From the IMG/VR virus record IMGVR_UViG_3300021185_003947: 64,000 bases of DNA, one strand, 5' to 3'. Each line of letters opens with the position of its first letter. Position 1 is the stretch's first letter. Source of the DNA: a virus. Taxonomy: Duplodnaviria > Caudoviricetes. Positions 50,082 to 58,377 of the stretch are shown here, one piece after another. The translations under genes were made by a program, and so were the position numbers. The notes below the pieces were generated by a model that had not been told where the DNA came from, did no database searches, and worked only from the letters and a program-made list of their open reading frames with translations.

Positions 50082-50410
50082 CTACGCATACTCGCCGCAT
50101 CAACTGCTGCCTGTTTATTGTCTTTACGAATTGGCATAAGATTACTTTTGTGTGTTACAACAATACCAGCAATCTCATTACCTGTATATTTATTCGTTTC
50201 TTTTAGTGTACCATTATCAATACTATTTGATAATTGATCTCTTGAAACTTTAAATTTTGGGCGCTCATGGCGATAGTCTTGTTTAGTACCTTTTACACCC
50301 ATACGATCAAGAAAAGCTTGATGTTCAGCTTCTCTTTCTTTCCATCCAGGCTTCTTTTTGATTTTTGATTTTCCGTGCACTTGCACGCCTCGAATCATGT
50401 GCATAGACAT
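50078..50410 (-). CDS. Hypothetical protein
   Basis: Start reassigned to MSMHM after a GGAG RBS, downstream of tRNA-Leu. Confidence 0.65.
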   Translation of the reverse strand: MSMHMIRGVQVHGKSKIKKKPGWKEREAEHQAFLDRMGVKGTKQDYRHERPKFKVSRDQLSNSIDNGTLKETNKYTGNEIAGIVVTHKSNLMPIRKDNKQAAVDAASMRR

Positions 50411-50428
50411 TGTATACTCCTTTTTATT

Positions 50429-50513
50429 TGGTGTGGATGGAGAGACTCGAACTCTCACGCCGTAAAGCACTAGAACCTAAATCTAGCGTGTCTACCAATT
50501 TCACCACATCCAC
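50429..50513 (-). tRNA. trnL: tRNA-Leu(UAG)
   Basis: 85-nt class II cloverleaf folded by hand; loop TTTAGGT; encoded CCA. Confidence 0.93.
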
Positions 50514-50522
50514 ACACGTTTT

Positions 50523-50597
50523 TGGCTGGAACGGTAGGACTCGAACCTACAATCACCTGTACCAAAAACAGGGGCATTACCATTATGCTACGTTCCA
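50523..50597 (-). tRNA. trnQ: tRNA-Gln(UUG)
   Basis: 75-nt cloverleaf; CCTGT-TTTTGGT-ACAGG anticodon arm; encoded CCA. Confidence 0.92.
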
Positions 50598-50628
50598 AAA
50601 ACTTCTATGTCAAGCAATAAATCTCTTT

Positions 50629-50829
50629 TTATGTTTTTTCGTTTGATGCTCCATCTACTTCTTCATAACCAGTTCCAAAACAAAATTCACATTCCATTTT
50701 CGAAATCTCGGCAACACCAGAACCATCACAATTCTCACAAACTTCGCCTCGAAACCACTCGTCGATGTTATCCTCCACTCGCTCTAACCACTCGTCGATG
50801 TTATCATCACCCCATATAGATATAGTCAT
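50629..50829 (-). CDS. Small protein with a DnaJ-type CxxCxGxG zinc-finger pair
   Basis: CENCDGSG...CEFCFGTG; early promoter and RBS upstream. Confidence 0.6.
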   Translation of the reverse strand: MTISIWGDDNIDEWLERVEDNIDEWFRGEVCENCDGSGVAEISKMECEFCFGTGYEEVDGASNEKT

Positions 50830-50913
50830 TTTTTTGTCCTTTCAGTGACAAGTGATTCTTCCTACTCTATTAATCTATCACACTTTTAAGCAATTGTAAA
50901 GGATTATTTTGAT

Positions 50914-51198
50914 TTACACAGAATAAACTTTTGGACGATAAACATATTTACATTCTTGTACGCTATCAACACGAAAAGAACGCCAGCCTTTTGCGGTCGT
51001 GTCCCAGCATGGAATGACTTCAGGATTTACAGCACGAACTTTCTTTTGAGTAATAGGTTCATCTTTTTCAGCAGATGGAATCATACCTTCTAGCAAAGTA
51101 CAAGTCATAACTCGCTTATCACCATTTACTTTTGTAAAGGTTACTTCACATACTCCTGATGTAAGCATATTCATATAGTTATCACGATCTTCAGTCAT
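50914..51198 (-). CDS. WYL_2/SH3-like hypothetical protein
   Basis: EVTFTKVNGDKRVMTCTL...WDTTAKGWRSFRVDSV. Confidence 0.7.
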   Translation of the reverse strand: MTEDRDNYMNMLTSGVCEVTFTKVNGDKRVMTCTLLEGMIPSAEKDEPITQKKVRAVNPEVIPCWDTTAKGWRSFRVDSVQECKYVYRPKVYSV

Positions 51199-51559
51199 TG
51201 ATATTACCCTTTCCGGTAAATGCATCATTTTCTAAATGATACTTGTTAATAAGTTTTCTTAAGAATTTATTAGTATCGTCTGCTTCATCTCTTTGCCGTT
51301 CAATACGACTTATAGATTTCCACATATGATCTTGTATTTCTTTTTCTTTTTCTAAAGCGTTTTCAAGTTCAATAATATATTCAGCTGCTTTCCAAGCATA
51401 ATGTTCAGTGCATCTAGCCTTCCATTCTTCACCTGCTTGGTTTTTAAGTGATTGAACAACTTCAGATTGCTGTGGACGAGGATTAATATCTAAATAAACC
51501 TTGTCCACAACATCATGCTCATTTTCCTCCTTTTCAAAACCGTGAGTTTGAACTTCCAT
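51191..51559 (-). CDS. Hypothetical coiled-coil protein
   Basis: Start reassigned to MEVQT (TAATG overlap with the upstream ORF). Confidence 0.6.
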   Translation of the reverse strand: MEVQTHGFEKEENEHDVVDKVYLDINPRPQQSEVVQSLKNQAGEEWKARCTEHYAWKAAEYIIELENALEKEKEIQDHMWKSISRIERQRDEADDTNKFLRKLINKYHLENDAFTGKGNIND

Positions 51560-51753
51560 TAACCCCACCGATCTTTTCGTGTTTGACCACGATCTAAAAA
51601 CCACCGATCATTATTTAAATTTTCACACATTTCAATAGCAGCTTCTTCACTACGACAAATAGTAACTAAAGTTTTACCAGTTACAATTTGCCATAACTCT
51701 TGGCCAAGTCTTGCTGGATCTTTATGAACCTTCCATTTAAAATCATTAGTCAT
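51559..51753 (-). CDS. Hypothetical protein
   Basis: 64-aa ORF with a GGAG RBS. Confidence 0.65.
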   Translation of the reverse strand: MTNDFKWKVHKDPARLGQELWQIVTGKTLVTICRSEEAAIEMCENLNNDRWFLDRGQTRKDRWG

Positions 51754-51764
51754 AGTAGTCTCCT

Positions 51765-52316
51765 TTAAAATGCCAACTGAATATCAGCTGGACCATTATA
51801 GTATTCGTCATCGTGCATACCCATAGCTTCAAGCAATTCATCAGTTTCTTGCTTAAATATTTTATAGAACTTTGGATCGTGTTTTTTGATACTTTTGCGA
51901 TTGTGCTCAATATCAAACTTCTTGATTAGTTTTACCCAACCCGGTGCTTTTGCTAAGCGGTCTCGATCAAGTTCTTTTCGAAGTGCGCGATTGCCAACAA
52001 ACAATTCGGTATTAGTTAAAAACCATACACCTTTTGCAACTTCATCTGAAAACCGCTCTCTGATGTCCACATGATCAAATGGTGTATCTTCAACAACATC
52101 ATGAAGAAGTGCCACAGCCATGGCCACAGTAACATTAACTGGGCTTGGACCATGAGGATCAGTGTAGTGTGGATTTTCATCAAGATGCTCTTCAATCATA
52201 TCCGAAACTGCAAGACAGTGTGAAAAATATGCTTCACCTGTGTACTTACGGATTTGATTAGCATGTGCACGTTTTGCAAATGAAATCGCTTTATCTAACA
52301 TCACATGATCTTCCAT
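51765..52316 (-). CDS. HD-domain hydrolase, SpoT/Mesh1-like
   Basis: AISFAKRAH..Q.RKYTGEAYFSH...ALLHDVVEDT...IKKFD. Confidence 0.85.
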   Translation of the reverse strand: MEDHVMLDKAISFAKRAHANQIRKYTGEAYFSHCLAVSDMIEEHLDENPHYTDPHGPSPVNVTVAMAVALLHDVVEDTPFDHVDIRERFSDEVAKGVWFLTNTELFVGNRALRKELDRDRLAKAPGWVKLIKKFDIEHNRKSIKKHDPKFYKIFKQETDELLEAMGMHDDEYYNGPADIQLAF

Positions 52317-52467
52317 TACATATCCTTACGTATAAACATATCCCAGAACATCCATACTAGAGCGGATGCTTGCATTAGCATAATTCCTATAAGTACACCT
52401 ACAAGGAAACCAAAAGCAAGGCTGAAACCAAAAGCAAGGGTTTCTTCTAACAATTCATACATTACTA

Positions 52468-52659
52468 TTAATCCTCTTCTTCATCTTCTTTTTCGATAAA
52501 CAGTTGATCTGTATTGTTTGCTATAAACAGCCAAACTAATACGCCATAGCACATTAAGTATCCTGCAATCGAGTCCAGTATTATAAGACAAATACCAAGC
52601 CCACCGAAAAATAGAGTGAATGCGATCCATAATGGATTAATCATTAGTAATCTCCCCAA
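52468..52659 (-). CDS. Small membrane protein
   Basis: Two hydrophobic segments and an acidic tail. Confidence 0.5.
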   Translation of the reverse strand: MGRLLMINPLWIAFTLFFGGLGICLIILDSIAGYLMCYGVLVWLFIANNTDQLFIEKEDEEED

Positions 52660-52934
52660 TCTGTATCATGACGAGTTGTTTCGTGTAGTGTCTCGCCATA
52701 GTGTGTTTTAGCATATTTAGATGCATCAGTATAATGATTAACATTATCTTGACCACCAGTAAAATCAGTTAGTTTTTTATCTTCAGCTGTACGCTTTTTA
52801 CGAGCAACGATACGAACTTTTGCAGTATTTTTACGAATTGTTGCCAACCGCTCTTTGCGAGCCTTTTCGTTTTTTTGCTTTTCAGCAATTGCTTTAATTA
52901 TTGCCAGCCGATCATCTAGGTTTTTAGCAATCAT
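52644..52934 (-). CDS. Basic hypothetical early protein
   Basis: GGAG RBS and early promoter cassette at about 52955-52990. Confidence 0.7.
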   Translation of the reverse strand: MIAKNLDDRLAIIKAIAEKQKNEKARKERLATIRKNTAKVRIVARKKRTAEDKKLTDFTGGQDNVNHYTDASKYAKTHYGETLHETTRHDTDWGDY

Positions 52935-52954
52935 GATATTCTCCTTTGTTAGAT

Positions 52955-53398
52955 TTAATCTATCACACTTTTGAGCGATTGTAAAGGATTATTTTCAATA
53001 TTTTGAAAAGAATTCCAAAGAATTTCTTCTTTTTCAAATGCATCTATTTCCCAAGGGAGATCTTCATAATCAATCCCTTCATATGTTTCACCAAACCAAG
53101 TCTTTTCGATATCACAGAATTTTTCTTCAAGGACTTGTTGAACATGGACAAGTTCATGAAAAATTGTTTTTATTATTTCTTCGACTGATTTCTTACTATT
53201 AATTTCGATAGCAGCAACACCATCTTCTTCATCGCCAATACCGTCAAAATAACCACAATTATCTCCATTTTTACTTTTAAATACAATTTGAAGCTCTTCA
53301 AGGTCTTCAAGAATAAGCATTTCATTTGCATATGAAACTACCGAGTCAAGAACTTCGTTTGAAATTTTTGTGGGTTTATTGTATGTATCGAGAATCAT
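52955..53398 (-). CDS. HExxH zinc-metalloprotease-like protein
   Basis: IFHELVHVQQ...LPWEIDA; start reassigned to MILDTY. Confidence 0.65.
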   Translation of the reverse strand: MILDTYNKPTKISNEVLDSVVSYANEMLILEDLEELQIVFKSKNGDNCGYFDGIGDEEDGVAAIEINSKKSVEEIIKTIFHELVHVQQVLEEKFCDIEKTWFGETYEGIDYEDLPWEIDAFEKEEILWNSFQNIENNPLQSLKSVID

Positions 53399-53402
53399 AT
53401 TA

Positions 53403-53594
53403 TTATACCGCCATGAGGTCAAAGGGATCGTCGTATAGTTGTTCCCAGCATTCTTCAAGGGCATCCTCATCATTTGAAGAGAAAGTAACAGTATTGTCAG
53501 GATTGATTGTGTAGTCAATCCCTAATCCATCAGTGAAGATAGGAAGAAGTGAAAATTGAAAGGTTGGGTTAGGTTGAAAAGTGAAAGATTTCAT
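53403..53594 (-). CDS. Hypothetical early protein
   Basis: Directly follows the promoter/RBS cassette at 53600-53700. Confidence 0.65.
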   Translation of the reverse strand: MKSFTFQPNPTFQFSLLPIFTDGLGIDYTINPDNTVTFSSNDEDALEECWEQLYDDPFDLMAV

Positions 53595-53599
53595 TTAGT

Positions 53600-53700
53600 T
53601 TCTCCTTTGTTAGATATAGTCTATACTATTCAAGCACAAATGTAAACAAAAAAATGCACCCGAAGATGCATTTAATTATAGGTGTAACATATTTGTCACA
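53600..53700 (-). repeat. 101-bp promoter cassette, copy 1
   Basis: Near-identical to 54978-55078; contains an operator-like inverted repeat, TTTACA -35 and a GGAG RBS. Confidence 0.88.
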
Positions 53701-53703
53701 CTA

Positions 53704-53910
53704 TCAATACTCTTTATAACAACCATCTTCTTCATTATCATTAAATCCTTTAGTATAAGCTACAATTTCTTTTGACGTCATATCTTCCATTTTAATACAT
53801 GGACTATTATATGTACCCTCAACAAAATAATGAGGATTGAAGCCTCTTCTATAATAACTATCGGCGCTGCCTCTATCGTATGGCCCACCATGACGTTTAT
53901 CATATGTCAT
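53704..53910 (-). CDS. Hypothetical protein
   Basis: 68-aa ORF (RHGGPYDRGSADSYYRR) with a GGAG RBS. Confidence 0.7.
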   Translation of the reverse strand: MTYDKRHGGPYDRGSADSYYRRGFNPHYFVEGTYNSPCIKMEDMTSKEIVAYTKGFNDNEEDGCYKEY

Positions 53911-53949
53911 TATATTTCTCCTATGTTAACATTGCTATAAGAAGACACG

Positions 53950-54159
53950 CTAGGAAGATGCCTTCAAGAATTGGTTGTTCGAACATTTTTGTACCTCAAT
54001 TTGTTTCATTATGTATTCCATGTAGGTTGATCCTACTTTGTTCTTTACTTCTTCGATAATTGACCTATCGTCAATATTGTCAGCCAATCGTTTTGCCACC
54101 AACTTAGAAATAAATTCTAAATCGTGATAATCATATAAGGCTGGCTGACATATTTTCAT
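53950..54159 (-). CDS. Hypothetical protein
   Basis: 69-aa ORF in a co-oriented run. Confidence 0.55.
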   Translation of the reverse strand: MKICQPALYDYHDLEFISKLVAKRLADNIDDRSIIEEVKNKVGSTYMEYIMKQIEVQKCSNNQFLKASS

Positions 54160-54162
54160 ATT

Positions 54163-54801
54163 TTATTCTTCCATTTTTAATTTGCGAGCGGCGGTTAACC
54201 GATCATAGCTTTTCTTCCAGACTTCTGGAGATTTGATATTCGATGACTCAGTAACTTTTAACTTTTTTTCTTTAAAACAGGCTTTAAGATAATCTGCATT
54301 TTCACTACTCATAAACCGAGAAACCAGTTTAAGAAGAGTGATACGAAAGCGTACATCATGGTGCATATTGCCTGCGCTATGTGCCATTTCATGGAGAAGA
54401 ACATATTGATTTAAACCGCTTCTACGATTAAGATCAATATTATGAGCCCATGCACGACCAGCTGTTCTACTGCCAGACATTTCAGCCAAAGCAATATTTC
54501 TTACACCGGCAGTTGATATTTTTTTCCAAGTCTTTGAAGCTAAAACTTTGTCACAATATTTTTGAGCTTCTTTAAGATTTTTAAACTTTTTACCCTGACC
54601 ATAAGTACGCTCATACTTAAACTCAGCACTGTAAACTTTTGATTTATCTGAGTCACGAGAATATTTGCCATTCTTACGACCAGTTTTAATCAAAGTTTCT
54701 TTTTTATTTACATAGTCAAGAAACTTCATAATAGTATCATCATCCCAACCTTTACTTTTGAGATCAATTACAACTGGCCTTTGATAAGAACGATAAATCA
54801 T
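54163..54801 (-). CDS. SprT-like HExxH protein
   Basis: YVLLHEMAH...HHDVRF. Confidence 0.65.
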   Translation of the reverse strand: MIYRSYQRPVVIDLKSKGWDDDTIMKFLDYVNKKETLIKTGRKNGKYSRDSDKSKVYSAEFKYERTYGQGKKFKNLKEAQKYCDKVLASKTWKKISTAGVRNIALAEMSGSRTAGRAWAHNIDLNRRSGLNQYVLLHEMAHSAGNMHHDVRFRITLLKLVSRFMSSENADYLKACFKEKKLKVTESSNIKSPEVWKKSYDRLTAARKLKMEE

Positions 54802-54971
54802 ACTTCATTCCTTTGCATTTCTACAATCATATCCAATTCAATAGTATCAGCCTTATCATCGAAGACTTCTGACAAAGCCATGATGTGGCCAGCTGGAATT
54901 GGATCTTCTGATGATTGTGTATTAGCAATTAGCTGGCGAAGCATTTGTGCGATTTCTCTATATTCTTGCAT
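54798..54971 (-). CDS. Small acidic early protein (57 aa)
   Basis: Translated by hand: MQEYREIAQMLRQL...; follows cassette copy 2; ATGA overlap with the next gene. Confidence 0.65.
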   Translation of the reverse strand: MQEYREIAQMLRQLIANTQSSEDPIPAGHIMALSEVFDDKADTIELDMIVEMQRNEV

Positions 54972-54977
54972 AATGTA

Positions 54978-55078
54978 TTCTCCTTTGTTAGATATAATCT
55001 ATACCATTTAGGAGTAAATGTAAACAAAAAAATGCACCCGAAGATGCATTTAATTATAGATGTAACATATTTGTCACA
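54978..55078 (-). repeat. 101-bp promoter cassette, copy 2
   Basis: The 63 bp from the -35 region outward differ from copy 1 at one position. Confidence 0.88.
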
Positions 55079-55079
55079 A

Positions 55080-55328
55080 TTAACCTTTATATATTTTTGT
55101 AAGATGTGTTTCAAATGATTCGACTTTGGAAAGTCTATTTGGCCAAAGAATATATTCTTTTTCAGGATTTTTCTTTAAATTATTTAATAGCGGAATAATT
55201 GCATTATACAAATCGTCTAGTCTTGTTTGACTCGATTCAGCATCTGATGCTGAACTTATAGCTTGTTTTGAAACTTCTAATTCGTCTTCGGTAACGGCCG
55301 TAAAGCCAAAATCAAAAATATCACTCAT
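55080..55328 (-). CDS. Hypothetical protein
   Basis: MSDIFDFGFTAV...KEYILWPNR. Confidence 0.7.
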   Translation of the reverse strand: MSDIFDFGFTAVTEDELEVSKQAISSASDAESSQTRLDDLYNAIIPLLNNLKKNPEKEYILWPNRLSKVESFETHLTKIYKG

Positions 55329-55531
55329 GTGTTTTCCTCTAGTTCTCTGTATCTTCTTGCAATGTACGCATGATAGCTTTCTTGTTTTTCAACTGGCATT
55401 ACTTTCATATCCATCATTTTACCTCTAAATGCTGCGTCTTTGATATTCTGTCTAAATCTTAACATTCTTTCTTCATGATAATAATCAGACATTTGCCGGT
55501 TTAATTCAAGTTGAATTTCTTCTTCAGTCAT
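55325..55531 (-). CDS. Hypothetical protein
   Basis: 68-aa ORF with ATGA overlaps on both sides. Confidence 0.6.
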   Translation of the reverse strand: MTEEEIQLELNRQMSDYYHEERMLRFRQNIKDAAFRGKMMDMKVMPVEKQESYHAYIARRYRELEENT

Positions 55532-55800
55532 ACCATTATGCCTTCTGGTTTTTTCTCTTTGTTTTTATTAATTATTGGAACTCTGTTCATATGATCACCA
55601 CCTTTTTCTACACATCCTATTTCCAATGCTTTCCACGTATTTTCGCCATAAGTATTATTTAACTTTGTTACTAGTGATTGAGATAATCTTACAATATTTT
55701 GGGTTGTCATTTGTACACATTGAGCTTTACTTTGATAATGTGTTCCTTCAAAAATAAATTTTTCGTTCGGCTCTACAAGCAAAAAAAGCGAATAAAGCAT
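55528..55800 (-). CDS. Hypothetical protein (two Cys)
   Basis: Start reassigned to MLYSLF. Confidence 0.55.
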   Translation of the reverse strand: MLYSLFLLVEPNEKFIFEGTHYQSKAQCVQMTTQNIVRLSQSLVTKLNNTYGENTWKALEIGCVEKGGDHMNRVPIINKNKEKKPEGIMV

Positions 55801-55810
55801 CCATACACCA

Positions 55811-56275
55811 TTACCCACCGTCTCTGCCACCAGCAATAAAATCAGTGCCATTTGTTATAAGACATGTATAACCGCTTTGACTTACAACCATAGTCCATTT
55901 ACCATTATCCATATTTACATAAAAAGACACAGGAGCTGCAAATGGTTGAGCAAACTGTGGAGGACGACCTGCAGGAATCATATGCAATAAACCTGTGGCA
56001 TCAAATAGTTTTTTCTCACCGTATTCTTCTAACAAGTTCATCACATAACCAGTATTATCACAAGGAATTCTCATTGCCTGCATAGTTGGATTTCTTGGAA
56101 GTTCTTCGGTTGGAGCAGCATAGTTTTTATCGGCTAATTGCTTATCTTTTTTATCATCTAATATATTAGGTGCTAAGGGTTCTAGATACAATTCTGGATC
56201 TGCTTTTACTGATATACTCGCTGTACACGATGCAATTACGAATACCGATATTAATACTAATACTTTTTTAATCAT
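55811..56275 (-). CDS. Exported/lipoprotein-like hypothetical protein
   Basis: MIKKVLVLISVFVIASC resembles a lipoprotein signal peptide. Confidence 0.6.
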   Translation of the reverse strand: MIKKVLVLISVFVIASCTASISVKADPELYLEPLAPNILDDKKDKQLADKNYAAPTEELPRNPTMQAMRIPCDNTGYVMNLLEEYGEKKLFDATGLLHMIPAGRPPQFAQPFAAPVSFYVNMDNGKWTMVVSQSGYTCLITNGTDFIAGGRDGG

Positions 56276-56436
56276 TTGTTAATTCCTTAATTCTTTTTAT
56301 ATAACCATACTTTTCTTTCACTTCTTCTTTTATTTGTTTTCTTAACATTTCTATTTCATTGGCTTGTTGCAAGAGTATTTTTCGGTACCGTTCAGCTTCT
56401 GTATCGTCTGTTAATTGTACCATACTAACTACTCTT

Positions 56437-56712
56437 TTAATGTAAATATTTACTATGAGCAGCCATCAGCATATCTTCGATACTAGCTTTTTCAGTTCGA
56501 ATAAATGGATTTATACTATCTCGACTTTTACTAATTTCATCAATCATAGCATGATAGTCGTCATCTTTTAATATTGATTTATAAATACTTAACGAACAAG
56601 CAGCCAATATGCCAGCGACTAATTCGGGTTCGTTACCCTCATCCATTAATTTACAGCTAATATAATTTATAATCTCTGCCATTCTTTCTATGTCCATATC
56701 ATCTCTTCTCAT
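56437..56712 (-). CDS. Hypothetical protein
   Basis: 91-aa ORF in a coupled run. Confidence 0.6.
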   Translation of the reverse strand: MRRDDMDIERMAEIINYISCKLMDEGNEPELVAGILAACSLSIYKSILKDDDYHAMIDEISKSRDSINPFIRTEKASIEDMLMAAHSKYLH

Positions 56713-57068
56713 TATGGTAACCCATCCACATAAATTGTTGACCCGATATATTGGTTTCCTGTTACTACAGTATGACCTCTATATAGTCTGCCATAGCTTT
56801 CAGCTCGCCAAAACACTGTTCTAATTCTTTGACATCTTTGGTTATTCATTGTTGATCCTAAAGCTGCACCGGCAATTGCACCTCTATCATTTCCAGTAAT
56901 AATATGTCCAAGAGCTGCGCCCATAAGTATTGAACTTAAAAGATTAGTAGAATTTTGACATTGATAACCACTATCTTTTACATGTGTTATATGCGCTAAA
57001 CGAGTGGCTGCACTACTAGACGTTGCTAAAATAGCCAGAGCCGAGCATATCAATATTATTTTTTTCAT
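56712..57068 (-). CDS. Exported protein with a glycine-zipper motif
   Basis: Signal peptide MKKIILICSALAIL; GAALGHIITGNDRGAIAGAALG. Confidence 0.7.
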   Translation of the reverse strand: MKKIILICSALAILATSSSAATRLAHITHVKDSGYQCQNSTNLLSSILMGAALGHIITGNDRGAIAGAALGSTMNNQRCQRIRTVFWRAESYGRLYRGHTVVTGNQYIGSTIYVDGLP

Positions 57069-57223
57069 ACTTATCTCCATTTTATCTAGATATAATTCTA
57101 ACACATTTTTAACAAAAAGTAAACAGTTTATTTACATAGCTCATATATCCAATGTGTACAATCATCGCATGGGTCGTCATAGGCCCAGTAAGAAGGAAAA
57201 TGCATTAGTAGTGTCCTAGACCA

Positions 57224-57991
57224 CTACTCTTTCATATTTTTTATATTCTCTATGTAGCAATCCATACTATGATCACTAAAATTATCTATCTTTAATTTCA
57301 TGACACCAGCAGCCATGCCTTTTAGTCTATCCCACAATCTTTTAAAACCAGATATTTTTACTATTTGACCTTCTGAATTCATATAATGTTCTGTTCCATG
57401 ATGTCTATAACCCATCATTACTAAAGGTACACGAGTAACAACGTCGTTATTATTTACGAATCTATGATGGATTACGCCAAGTGAATTACAATATTTTTTA
57501 AAGCCTACACGAGGAGAACCAAACGTATACAATTCAACCGGATCGTTTAAAAATAAATTATGTAGACATCTTGAGGCCATAATAGTTGCCATGCCTGCTC
57601 CGAGTGAATGACCAGTAAACCAAAGAGTCTTGCCATTATTCTGTTTTCTAGTTAAATCTTCGCATATTGCAGGCCACAATTCATCAACTTCTGATTTAAA
57701 TCCTTTATGAACTCTAGATACTGTTTCTGCCATTACCGGAATCGATTTTAAGTCTGCTTTAATGTCATTGAATTCATTTGGTTGAGTTCCTCGACAAGCT
57801 ATAATACAATCATACTTATTCATAAATCTATATGCCTGTGCGCCATTGACATCATAAAATTCAATTGTATTGAATTCAAGTCTACGCGCAGCGCCCGTAG
57901 CTTCTTTAAGGTCAGAGTACGCAATTGCTGATAGTCGAGCAAACAAGAGGCTTCTGGCTTTAAAACTTAATTGATTTATTGGTCGTGCCAT
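57224..57991 (-). CDS. Class 3 lipase-like alpha/beta hydrolase
   Basis: IACRGT, VHKGF, FTGHSLG (GxSxG), TFGSPRVG, NNNDVVTRVP. Confidence 0.9.
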   Translation of the reverse strand: MARPINQLSFKARSLLFARLSAIAYSDLKEATGAARRLEFNTIEFYDVNGAQAYRFMNKYDCIIACRGTQPNEFNDIKADLKSIPVMAETVSRVHKGFKSEVDELWPAICEDLTRKQNNGKTLWFTGHSLGAGMATIMASRCLHNLFLNDPVELYTFGSPRVGFKKYCNSLGVIHHRFVNNNDVVTRVPLVMMGYRHHGTEHYMNSEGQIVKISGFKRLWDRLKGMAAGVMKLKIDNFSDHSMDCYIENIKNMKE

Positions 57992-58035
57992 AATAGTAAT
58001 ACCTTGTATTCTTTTAGATAATACTATTTATATGT

Positions 58036-58227
58036 TTACTCACTTAGAAAGACTGCTTCGCCTTTAATGACTCCACCTTCTTCACGAAGTTCAGCTTTTG
58101 CTTTTTTTTCATCTTCTAACTTTTTAATTTTAGCTGCCTGATCTCTAATAATTTTCTGTTGTGCTTCAATAGTCATAAATTGTTTATCCAATTCTGATGT
58201 TTGAGGAAATTCAATAATTTTACTCAT
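58036..58227 (-). CDS. Small coiled-coil protein
   Basis: 63 aa with a GGAG RBS. Confidence 0.65.
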   Translation of the reverse strand: MSKIIEFPQTSELDKQFMTIEAQQKIIRDQAAKIKKLEDEKKAKAELREEGGVIKGEAVFLSE

Positions 58228-58261
58228 TCGTTATCTCCTTATAATATATATTATATATATT

Positions 58262-58371
58262 TGGCTCCAAGGGCAGGATTCGAACCTGCACGAATATAAA
58301 TATTCTTTTGCTAAGACTATATATTCACAACATAAACAGTGCTGCGTGTCTACCTATTCCACCACCTTGGA
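58262..58371 (-). tRNA. Atypical 110-nt tRNA with a GUU (Asn) anticodon and a 38-nt variable arm
   Basis: Acceptor TCCAAGG/CCTTGGA, G73, CCA; anticodon arm CAGCA-CTGTTTA-TGTTG; T arm GCAGG-TTCGAAT-CCTGC. Confidence 0.8.
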
Positions 58372-58377
58372 TTATTC

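Noticed and set aside
53683-53700. CRP or NtcA binding site
   Set aside because: TGTAA-N8-TCACA has the wrong spacing for CRP (N6) and lacks the GTA-N8-TAC of NtcA; left as an unassigned operator-like site.
58262-58371. Intron-containing tRNA
   Set aside because: The extra sequence lies 3' of a complete anticodon stem, in the variable region, and is far too short for a self-splicing intron.
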